A program made the translations under genes and the position numbers. From a virus: a stretch of 35,495 nucleotides of DNA. This document shows, in pieces, positions 23,795-31,703 of this stretch. The notes under the pieces were generated by a model. That model was not told the origin of the DNA, searched no databases, and was given only the letters and a program-made list of their open reading frames with translations. The stretch lies in the IMG/VR virus record IMGVR_UViG_3300045988_157661; one strand, written 5' to 3'. Each line of letters begins with the position of its first letter. Position 1 is the stretch's first letter.

Positions 23795-24152
23795 TTTTCG
23801 GATATAAAAGGTTATTATTATTATCCATCAAAGGAATATTGTCTTTTGACAACAAATATCCTGATGAATTGTTTATCGCATCTAAAAAATCCCATATACC
23901 GGAAATTTCATCCTGCAAATCCTGACTATCCAACATTTCATTGGCAAAAGGATATTTCTCCGCTCTCAACAATGCCTCATTATTGCTTTTCTTTATACCG
24001 GTAGTGGTTAGAACCTGACCAACATATAGGTCGGGCGTATAAGTAGTAATATCATTCAATTCAAGAATTAAATCCAATTCTTGAATATCTCCGGATATAC
24101 ATAACATACAGTCATATATATTTTGCCCCTCTTTTACAATATAACTACTCAT
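23787..24152 (-). CDS. LysM-like tail protein (P2 gpX-like), putative
   Basis: 121 aa. YIVKEGQNIYDCMLCISGDIQELDLILELNDI...LYVGQVLTT follows the LysM spacing (Y-VK-G...I...N-I...GQ-L). Confidence 0.45.
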   Translation of the reverse strand: MSSYIVKEGQNIYDCMLCISGDIQELDLILELNDITTYTPDLYVGQVLTTTGIKKSNNEALLRAEKYPFANEMLDSQDLQDEISGIWDFLDAINNSSGYLLSKDNIPLMDNNNNLLYPKNG

Positions 24153-24477
24153 TGCTCGTTTCTTGTTTATATCTTACTGATAAATCGTATTGATATTCAC
24201 CAAAAGTCTCTAATACGGTTATGTCTATATTCGCCGATTGTGCGCCGTCATTGTATAATTGATCTACACATTCAGAGGCCAAACGGTTCGCTTCATTCTG
24301 ATTGCATAATATCCCGATTTCCTTAAATCCTATTCCTTTACCTGCATTATTTAAATCTACGCAGCTTTTGGAAAAGAACATAGCTCCGTTCTGTAATGAA
24401 CATGGATCGGCTATAAACAAATCATGTTCATTAAACTTTATATCATTATTATCAAAATCGAAATATATATCCTGCAT
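24145..24477 (-). CDS. Baseplate wedge protein (gpW/gp25 or XkdS-like), putative
   Basis: 110 aa. Assignment by size and position after the spike gene. DFDNNDIKFNEHDLFIADPCSLQNG is reminiscent of that family. Confidence 0.35.
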   Translation of the reverse strand: MQDIYFDFDNNDIKFNEHDLFIADPCSLQNGAMFFSKSCVDLNNAGKGIGFKEIGILCNQNEANRLASECVDQLYNDGAQSANIDITVLETFGEYQYDLSVRYKQETSNE

Positions 24478-24494
24478 ATATATATTGTTTTATA

Positions 24495-24525
24495 CAAACT
24501 TACGAATTAATAATAAAAAAACAAA
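24495..24525 (-). promoter_or_regulatory. Bacteroidota-type promoter on the minus strand: TTTG (24525-24522), 19-nt spacer, TAagTTTG (24502-24495)
   Basis: The reverse complement reads attaaTTTGtttttttattattaattcgTAagTTTGtataaaacaatatatATG. Exact consensus, 18 nt before ATG 24477. Confidence 0.55.
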
Positions 24526-25092
24526 TTAATGCATTATTTTTTCATCTTGATAATCCGTTTCATCAAAATTATTCGCTGTACCCGTTATTTTTTGTGAAGG
24601 TATATCGCTCGTTCCTTGTGGGACAATATGCGAATGCTTGTTGAATGTAGATATAATATCATTTACCGTACTTACAAGATCGTTAAGTTTTGAAGTAAGT
24701 TGCTCTATATAGATCAAAGGAGAATCTCCTCCATTAAGAACAATCTTGTCACCGGTAATGGAAACAGTGGAATTTTTTATTGTAATATCCGCTTTGTCCA
24801 ATTGTGTAAAAAGGATCGGGAAAGTAAGTGAGGGGTCATTCTGAACAAATCCTACTACCACCAATGATCCTATCGATGGGGTAACAAGTACAGAAGTTTC
24901 AGCCCCTTGAACTCCGGCAAGAGGGATATCCCTTATCTCGCTATCTTCTAATGTGGATATATCGAAAGTATTCGCATTCATATCTACCGATATAACCTCT
25001 CCATACATTAGAGATACCGGTATTCTCTCGGAAATAATCATAGAAAAATTATTCCCTATCTCCTGCATTGCCGTGTCGAATTTAAGTCCCAT
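24526..25092 (-). CDS. Baseplate spike / gpV-like protein, putative
   Basis: 188 aa. OB-like N-terminus (YGEVISVD...IPLAGVQG...PSIGSLVVVGFVQNDPSLTFPI) as in the phage baseplate assembly protein V family. Confidence 0.5.
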   Translation of the reverse strand: MGLKFDTAMQEIGNNFSMIISERIPVSLMYGEVISVDMNANTFDISTLEDSEIRDIPLAGVQGAETSVLVTPSIGSLVVVGFVQNDPSLTFPILFTQLDKADITIKNSTVSITGDKIVLNGGDSPLIYIEQLTSKLNDLVSTVNDIISTFNKHSHIVPQGTSDIPSQKITGTANNFDETDYQDEKIMH

Positions 25093-25095
25093 AAT

Positions 25096-26196
25096 TTACC
25101 ATTCATATCTATCTTTAGTAACCGTCAATACCCTTCTGTAACCGTTTGCCCCCAAACTTATCCTTATCCCTATAACATAGAAGCGATCATTAAGTTCGGG
25201 CAATAAATTGTCGGTATATCTCACATAATCGAACATCCTGACGTCAGGATATAACAATGTGGTTATTGTCCCGGCATTTGTCGCTGATCTAAGCCCGTTC
25301 CATGTATTTATGGCCAATTCTTTTAATCCCTCTTCCGTCTTAAGAGGCTTATATCCTAAGTTTATTATTCTTGATGCAGCCTCTTTATCACCGGCTTTGG
25401 CAGTAACTCGTTTACCGTTTATGTAAGAATTGACTTCGACATAATAATTTTCAAACATCCCGTTTATGGGCTTTATGTCTCTGTCTATAACGTTTACTCT
25501 CGTGTCTAATTCAATTGTTGCTTTATCAGGGAATGTATTCCCTGTACCCATATACAGATTCCCGTCTTTGTCTATCCCCGTAAATATCCTGAACATGCCC
25601 ATCAATCTTTCGCATACCTGAAAGGGGGCTACCCCTTTCCAGACTTTCATGTTAAATTCAGAAGTAGCGGTTTCAGGGGATATGGAAAGGGGAGTATATG
25701 GGGCTGTCAATCCTTGTACTTCCCTGAACTCTTTAAATGCTTTATTCCCAACGTCACAACAATATTTGAGCCCTTCGGTAAGTGGAGCTGCCTGAACCCA
25801 CTCCCTGTCTACCTTCCCGAATCTCAATATGAAAGTCCTGTCCTCCAATATTAAAGTAGTGGGGAATCCGGATATTATCTGTTTTATGAACCCGTCAAAG
25901 ATCAACAGCGGTTCTCCGAACTCTACTTGTGCTATGTCCCGGTATTTCGCTTTTACCTGTATCTGTGCGCCTACTTTTATATTATATCTTGCCAAATCCA
26001 CTATCGTCATCCCTGTAACAATATCCCCGCTATTGTTCAGCTTGGCGACAGTATGGATAGGTATCTTAAGCTCCCCTCTTTCCGCAAGATGATCTCTTGT
26101 GTTGTTGGACTCAAAAGATACGAAATTGAGAATCTTTCGTCCCTCAACCCATACTTCGTTTTCGCATATAAAATAATTTAATCGGCAATATGGCAT
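25096..26196 (-). CDS. Baseplate hub (gpD / Mu gpP / XkdQ-like), putative
   Basis: 366 aa. Position between the TMP-proximal protein and the spike. VGAQIQVKAKYRD...LLIFDGFIKQI is typical of late-control-D-like proteins. Confidence 0.5.
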   Translation of the reverse strand: MPYCRLNYFICENEVWVEGRKILNFVSFESNNTRDHLAERGELKIPIHTVAKLNNSGDIVTGMTIVDLARYNIKVGAQIQVKAKYRDIAQVEFGEPLLIFDGFIKQIISGFPTTLILEDRTFILRFGKVDREWVQAAPLTEGLKYCCDVGNKAFKEFREVQGLTAPYTPLSISPETATSEFNMKVWKGVAPFQVCERLMGMFRIFTGIDKDGNLYMGTGNTFPDKATIELDTRVNVIDRDIKPINGMFENYYVEVNSYINGKRVTAKAGDKEAASRIINLGYKPLKTEEGLKELAINTWNGLRSATNAGTITTLLYPDVRMFDYVRYTDNLLPELNDRFYVIGIRISLGANGYRRVLTVTKDRYEW

Positions 26197-26197
26197 A

Positions 26198-26950
26198 TCA
26201 ATTCACAAATAAGGTCTGAGTTGTCAAATCAACCTCCATTAGGGTAAGGTTTATCATTGTAATATCCGACCCTTCGGTAGGTATTATGTTATATCTTGTA
26301 AGCGTACAATACTTTATGCCTAAATCTTTGGTAATATATGGATTAGACACTTCAAATACCGGCTGATCTTTCCTTATGTATTTAAGGAAATCCCCCAATC
26401 TTGCCACTGCGTAATCCTGTCCTTGCCGGAATGTCATTTCATCTACTCCGGCGTTTGCATCCCATTGCCTGCGTTCCATTCTTATGCGTATTTCTATAAC
26501 CTGTGGTTCATAGAACGTATTTTCAAGAATCTGAATACCTCCTACCAATTGGGATTTCACTATATTGGTATTACCTGAAACGGAAAAACTGAAGGAAAGA
26601 GGAAGGAAATATTCCCCACATCTGAATATATAGTCATAATTGGTATTATACAATTCCCGGTTTGAGTTGTCGTCTTTTTTATACAACCTTTCAGAATAGG
26701 CTACGTATCTCTTTTTTTCATTCATCCCTTTGGATGGTTTGCTTTCATCCGATTTTATGCCTCTGATAGACCTTATTATCCCTACTGTGGAAAATGTAAG
26801 CTTCATAAGGTTGTTAGAAGTATCTAAAACCTCTCTTCCGCTTCTTGCAACATCACCTATCTTGCTTAATGTAGAAGCCCCTGCATTAGAAACAAGCTCG
26901 CTGAATGATTGGCTTGAACTGTTCGCCGTATAGTCTCTTTCTTCTTCCAT
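26198..26950 (-). CDS. Tail protein downstream of the tape measure (position of Mu gp43 / XkdP), unknown
   Basis: 250-aa ORF, tightly packed. No motif verified. Confidence 0.4.
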   Translation of the reverse strand: MEEERDYTANSSSQSFSELVSNAGASTLSKIGDVARSGREVLDTSNNLMKLTFSTVGIIRSIRGIKSDESKPSKGMNEKKRYVAYSERLYKKDDNSNRELYNTNYDYIFRCGEYFLPLSFSFSVSGNTNIVKSQLVGGIQILENTFYEPQVIEIRIRMERRQWDANAGVDEMTFRQGQDYAVARLGDFLKYIRKDQPVFEVSNPYITKDLGIKYCTLTRYNIIPTEGSDITMINLTLMEVDLTTQTLFVN

Positions 26951-26954
26951 ATTA

Positions 26955-28844
26955 TTATTGACTTGATGCCGCTAATGTAGCATTATTAAACGCTATATGC
27001 AACCCTCTTGTGACAGCATTTTCGGCCACTTCCTCCATTTCCTTTAACAATGCCTCCGTATCATTGGGCTGCATATTGTTTATCATTTCAACAATAGACT
27101 TGTTGAAATTTATGATAAGGGCTCTTGACCCTCTTGTAAGACTTTGCATCTTCCCGGCTTCATCTTCTCCCGGTTTTACATGAGGCTTGTAATTATCCAT
27201 ATTGGCAAGTACGGCTTTTATGGCTTCCTCTGTCCCTACACCTTTCAGTAGGTCATACCCCATTTGTTTATATCTATTAGACCCGAAACTAAGCTCTTTA
27301 ACCAATTTAGAATATTCATCTCTTGATAATTTTATGGTTGAAGGGACATTATTCACGCTTGAATACCGCAATACACCTTCTTTATCTCTGTATAGTGTTC
27401 TTGATACTACACCGAAATTTGTAAGAGAGTTTTTAAGTAAATTATTGTTGGATAATTGAGAAAATAATGCCCTCTGTTCAGGACTGTAAATATCAGGTTC
27501 TTTTATTCCACCATATATAGTACCGGCGATACCTCCTACACCAGCACCTATTGGACCACCTGCCACATATCCTGCGGCAGCACCTTTAGCCGCATTGGAT
27601 ATGATGTTTTTTATCCTTACAAATTCGTATGATTGCAGGAACTTGGCGAAAGAAGCACCAATGGATATAATGTCTGTTATGAAGTTTTCAAACGAGTTCA
27701 ATATGGGTCTCCAATTCACTTTCCCGAGCTCCTCATACAGCTTTTCCAAAGATTTGTTTATGCTGACAGACAAATCGGCTATCGCAACATAGAATTTTTC
27801 AAGGGACTTGGTTTTTGTAATTCCCAACTCTTCCTCTGAAAGTGTTACGCGCCCTCTCGCTATTGCAGATTCCGGCAGGTTGAAAGATTCTACTAATTGG
27901 GCAAAAGCATCTATAAGAGCCTGCGGATTGTTTCTTATGAAGCTGTATATATCTTCACCTTTATTCTTTGACCTTGCCCTTATATCAAAAATATATTTCT
28001 CTATAAGTGGAACGGACTTGAAAAGTTCCTTCATGTCTATCCCCTGCCATGTAGTTAGAAGCTGTTGGAGGTTCAATCCAACCAACTGCATGTCTCGGCC
28101 AGAAACGGCAGATATTTTTGATGCTACATTGGCAAAGAAATTGGCGTCTCTGTCATTAAGTTTCGTCCCCCCTACTGTTAACCCGGATAAGGTATTTAAT
28201 AAGGAAATAGTACCGGCACGGCTTGCCCCTGTCTTTAAGGCTATATCCGTTGCGTTCCTGTATATGTTGTTAAAGTCGTTTCCCCTTGTAAGACGTACCA
28301 TATCATAGGTAGCGATATTCTGAATGGCCGTATTAGTACCCTCACTCATTAAGGAGTTTCTCCCTAATTTGTACGCTATCCCGCCCAATAACGGACCGGT
28401 AAATTTTATAGCGGCCAAAGCCCCTAATCCTATTACTGCCTGTTTTATTACGGGTATGGTATTCAATACCGTTTTAGAAAACTCCGAAAACATATTAATG
28501 AAATTCCCGAAGTTTCTTCTTGCGCCTGAAATAGAGGTGGAATTAGACCAAAAGTTATCTAATAATCGTTTCCTCGCCCTTTGGGTATTCTCCATTCCTT
28601 TTAATAACCCTGAAAAATCGAGGAAACGGTAATGTCTGAACTTATACTGAATACCTCTTATTTTCCTTTCCGTTTCATCGCTTAGAATATTGCGTGAGAC
28701 AGAGGCCGGGTCTCTCCTGCCCAAACCCCCGCCATTCACACGCACATTTCTTGCCCTATTATTAATAGATTTAAGCTCTTCATCGACTAATTTAAGCTTC
28801 TCTAATATATTCCCTTTAAGGTCTAAAACAACAGAATAATTCAT
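26955..28844 (-). CDS. Tail tape measure protein
   Basis: 629 aa, largely helical, with a Gly/Ala-rich hydrophobic patch AAKGAAAGYVAGGPIGAGVGGIAGTIYGG. Directly after the chaperone pair. Confidence 0.75.
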   Translation of the reverse strand: MNYSVVLDLKGNILEKLKLVDEELKSINNRARNVRVNGGGLGRRDPASVSRNILSDETERKIRGIQYKFRHYRFLDFSGLLKGMENTQRARKRLLDNFWSNSTSISGARRNFGNFINMFSEFSKTVLNTIPVIKQAVIGLGALAAIKFTGPLLGGIAYKLGRNSLMSEGTNTAIQNIATYDMVRLTRGNDFNNIYRNATDIALKTGASRAGTISLLNTLSGLTVGGTKLNDRDANFFANVASKISAVSGRDMQLVGLNLQQLLTTWQGIDMKELFKSVPLIEKYIFDIRARSKNKGEDIYSFIRNNPQALIDAFAQLVESFNLPESAIARGRVTLSEEELGITKTKSLEKFYVAIADLSVSINKSLEKLYEELGKVNWRPILNSFENFITDIISIGASFAKFLQSYEFVRIKNIISNAAKGAAAGYVAGGPIGAGVGGIAGTIYGGIKEPDIYSPEQRALFSQLSNNNLLKNSLTNFGVVSRTLYRDKEGVLRYSSVNNVPSTIKLSRDEYSKLVKELSFGSNRYKQMGYDLLKGVGTEEAIKAVLANMDNYKPHVKPGEDEAGKMQSLTRGSRALIINFNKSIVEMINNMQPNDTEALLKEMEEVAENAVTRGLHIAFNNATLAASSQ

Positions 28845-28845
28845 A

Positions 28846-29426
28846 CTACTTTTTCTCTCTGAATGGTGCTAAATCTATGTTGTATATCATCCAATATGCT
28901 CCGGTAGCGTAATCGCTTATCTCTTTAGAAGAAAGCCTTTCCGTCACTTGGTCTATCGGGATATTGAAATATCGTGAAATTAGGCATTTCTGTAAAAAAA
29001 GGCAATCCCTTTTCAATATTTCTTTTACATCTTTGTCTACTATTCTTGAATAGTCTCTTCCTCGCTTTTGGTTATCCCCATTTGGCGAGAAATGATAGTA
29101 AAAAAATCGGTAATATCCTTCTGCACTTCTTCGGATTGGAAAATGGCAAGACATGCGAACGCGTCTTTGGCTATTTCCTCTCTTAATTTTACATCGACTA
29201 TACAGAGCTTGGCGTATTTAACTGCATCATCCATAATCGCCTCCATATCGGTATCTCCGTTTCTGTTGAGCCCGAAGGCGAACTTGGAATGTGCTAAATT
29301 CGTTCTTTGCAGCCTGAAAATCTGCAAATTGCTGACCTCCTTTTCTGTTTCTATCATTTCGGAGGTCTTAGGATCGGGTACTTCTGCCATATATTTTATG
29401 TTTGGCAGTTCGAAAATATTTTTCAT
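28846..29426 (-). CDS. Tail assembly chaperone, -1 frameshift fusion (GT-like product)
   Basis: Track ORF 28846..29154 is in the -1 frame relative to 29040..29426 and overlaps it by 115 nt. The overlap contains T_TTT_TTT. The predicted junction is ...KDITDFF/YYHFSPNGDNQ... Confidence 0.55.
29040..29426 (-). CDS. Tail assembly chaperone (G-like, 0-frame product)
   Basis: 128 aa, acidic, between tube and tape measure. Confidence 0.6.
   Translation of the reverse strand: MKNIFELPNIKYMAEVPDPKTSEMIETEKEVSNLQIFRLQRTNLAHSKFAFGLNRNGDTDMEAIMDDAVKYAKLCIVDVKLREEIAKDAFACLAIFQSEEVQKDITDFFTIISRQMGITKSEEETIQE
29100..29106 (-). promoter_or_regulatory. -1 programmed frameshift slippery heptamer T_TTT_TTT (A7 on the plus strand)
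   Basis: 0-frame codons are gat ttt ttt act and -1 frame codons are cga ttt ttt tac. Both frames verified against the track translations. Confidence 0.55.
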
Positions 29427-29443
29427 TGCGTGTGATTTTAAAA

Positions 29444-29468
29444 CCCGGCCACTTGAAAAGCAGCCGGG
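29444..29468 (-). terminator. Weak hairpin (cccggc/gccggg, 13-nt loop) followed by TTTT on the minus strand, after the tube gene. Possible attenuator.
   Basis: Read from the sequence in the 52-nt gap between tube and chaperone genes. Confidence 0.3.
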
Positions 29469-29478
29469 AAATGATTAG

Positions 29479-29967
29479 TTATATAGAATTTGTTGCCGGT
29501 AAGAGAGTGGTATTTCTTATAATACCCGTCCCTTGAAATTCAAGACTTACAATGGTCTGTGGATCATTTGCCGTGATACTGCCGTTCTCATCCGAGAAAA
29601 GGACATTTGTCCATGTTGTTGTAGCCGCATACGGTTGAATGGGGTTTCTGTGATTGTAGGTCACGGAAATGGAGAACTTGACATTGCTGTTAATCAATGA
29701 AGCCACCGGATTCGTGTGTGTTGCGGCATAATTGTTGAGGATCGCATTCCATTCACCGGATTGTATATCCAAAGAGCCTGTATATGAGGCATTGATAGCC
29801 TTGATGGAAATAGGGTCTTTATACGATATAGCATAAATCGGGTTTACGGATTGTGACAATCTCCATTGCATGGAAGCTCCCGTTTCTATCTTTATAGGCG
29901 TTCCGCCATCAAAAGATATGTAAATATCCACATCGGCAGAGCTTACGATATATTCTGACTTATCCAT
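29479..29967 (-). CDS. Tail tube protein, putative
   Basis: 162 aa, beta-rich, directly after the sheath-sized gene and before the chaperones. Confidence 0.55.
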   Translation of the reverse strand: MDKSEYIVSSADVDIYISFDGGTPIKIETGASMQWRLSQSVNPIYAISYKDPISIKAINASYTGSLDIQSGEWNAILNNYAATHTNPVASLINSNVKFSISVTYNHRNPIQPYAATTTWTNVLFSDENGSITANDPQTIVSLEFQGTGIIRNTTLLPATNSI

Positions 29968-29976
29968 AACATAGAA

Positions 29977-31254
29977 TTATAAAGATGAAACATAGAAAAC
30001 ATTCACATATCCTTGCTCCATAGCCGGAGAAGGCAAGATCTCTACTGTACATTGTATCGCTTTGGACTGTACATAATTGCCATCCTTTTCAGAGAAAGTC
30101 ACCCGAATATCGGAAGCCTGTCCTGCATTCAAACGTGGCTGTATATATCTTGAATAGAAATCCGAAGACATTGCAGACTTGTAAGAAGCAAGGATGGTCC
30201 CGTCACTTTCTACCGGGATATTCACATTCAGATACAATGTCAGGAACTGTTGTGCGTCATCGCATACTGCATTTCCAACACGTACCATCTCCAGCTTGGA
30301 AAGGGCATTTGTTGACAAATTGCATGTAGCGCCGTCATTGTAGAACAATCCGGTGATCATCGGTCTTGTGCGCAAGAAAATATATCCTTTTTCTCCGATA
30401 ATATCATTCTTTGCGTTGTTTATCTGCGATACAAGAGTACCTGAATTGCAGGTAATAGACCCTGTCGTATTCTGCACGTTGGTAAAATACGCCTTTTGAG
30501 AAGTGCTTCCCAAAGAGACATTACCTATTGACGTCTGTATCGCTCTTCCGGAAAGAACGCCACCTACATGCCCTGTACTTGATACTCCATAACCATGAAT
30601 ATCCGTGATATTATAACCCACAAGAGGAGCGGCAAGGCCTGTCGCATCCGCAAGTTTGGTAACATCCATAGGAGTATTTGCCGGATTCAGGAAAGCCCCG
30701 TCATAAATACCGCACATACGTATGGAGTTGTCATTGGACATATCTTCAAGGAAAGTCTGGAATGCGGCGATATCCGTTGAATCGTAATCGCAATTCAAGG
30801 CATCACCCGTGTACTTGGTACTTGCAGCGGATTTATCCCCTTTACAGATAATCAGGATTCTTGGGCGCAAGGCATATCCGTTTTCAACGGTCTGCATGAC
30901 AGCATCGGCCACTTTACCTGAATAGAATGCGGCTTGCGAGAGCGAACCGCTTGCTCCATAGGTAAATGTAGTCCCGCATATCCATAATTTAGTTCCTGCT
31001 CCTGCATTGGCATAGAAATCGGCTATATGAGTATATAGGCGTGATCCGGATGCAGCCAATTGCGCCTCTTCCCATTCTTGGGTAATACCGAGAGCAACGG
31101 CATCTTGTAGCCCGGTAATCATATAGGATTTATCTTGGAGAAACGTCCCTGATATTGCCGGAGCATCCGCAAATATCATGGAGATCGATTCATCGCTCTG
31201 ATTATTCCCTATCTGACTATCGGTCAGTGATACATAAATACCTGTTTTAGCCAT
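29977..31254 (-). CDS. Tail sheath protein, putative
   Basis: 425 aa. Position is upstream of tube/chaperone/TMP, with hub, spike and baseplate genes downstream (contractile-tail gene order). No motif verified. Confidence 0.55.
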   Translation of the reverse strand: MAKTGIYVSLTDSQIGNNQSDESISMIFADAPAISGTFLQDKSYMITGLQDAVALGITQEWEEAQLAASGSRLYTHIADFYANAGAGTKLWICGTTFTYGASGSLSQAAFYSGKVADAVMQTVENGYALRPRILIICKGDKSAASTKYTGDALNCDYDSTDIAAFQTFLEDMSNDNSIRMCGIYDGAFLNPANTPMDVTKLADATGLAAPLVGYNITDIHGYGVSSTGHVGGVLSGRAIQTSIGNVSLGSTSQKAYFTNVQNTTGSITCNSGTLVSQINNAKNDIIGEKGYIFLRTRPMITGLFYNDGATCNLSTNALSKLEMVRVGNAVCDDAQQFLTLYLNVNIPVESDGTILASYKSAMSSDFYSRYIQPRLNAGQASDIRVTFSEKDGNYVQSKAIQCTVEILPSPAMEQGYVNVFYVSSL

Positions 31255-31265
31255 AATAGTTGTTT

Positions 31266-31619
31266 TTACAGATTATTCACTTTGGATTTCGATTTCCTTT
31301 TCTTCTCGATTTCCTTTTTGGCATTTTCAATGTTTATTACCGGAGACGGTTCTTTCACTGCGTTTTCATCTTCATCCACGTATCTTTCCATAATGGAGGT
31401 GAACGCCTCATTATCCGCCGGGCAATTGGCAGGTGTGATCTTTGCCCATTGCATGGTTTTCTTTCCTTTGGAACGCTCGAAAGTGTCTTTGCATCTGTCG
31501 GTAGCATCTACTTTAGATCTGAACATGTTCCCGTCAGAGGTGACATATAAAGTGCCGTAAGCATTAACATAAGCGAGAAGCTCAACGAAAAAAGAATCTT
31601 TAAATTCAGTTGTTTTCAT
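31266..31619 (-). CDS. Hypothetical head/neck protein
   Basis: 117-aa ORF between the capsid and sheath genes with a K-rich C-terminal tail. Confidence 0.5.
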   Translation of the reverse strand: MKTTEFKDSFFVELLAYVNAYGTLYVTSDGNMFRSKVDATDRCKDTFERSKGKKTMQWAKITPANCPADNEAFTSIMERYVDEDENAVKEPSPVINIENAKKEIEKKRKSKSKVNNL

Positions 31620-31662
31620 AATAATTGTTTTTTTTGTGCGTGTTAGTATAGAATAAACTTAG

Positions 31663-31692
31663 TATAGTCCCCTTTTAATTCAGGGGACTATA
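31663..31692 (-). terminator. Hairpin after the major capsid ORF (11-bp stem, 8-nt loop). Partial terminator/attenuator candidate.
   Basis: 31663-31673 pairs exactly with 31682-31692. On the minus strand it is followed by ctaagtttattc (modest T tract). Confidence 0.45.
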
Positions 31693-31703
31693 TAATATAA
31701 GGT

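Noticed and set aside
27808-28632. Long plus-strand ORFs (166 and 102 aa) opposite the tape measure gene, and similar ones opposite terL (3946..4404) and the chaperone (29068..29478)
   Set aside because: These are antisense shadows of clearly coding minus-strand genes. Their translations are Ser/Leu/Pro-rich with no motifs.
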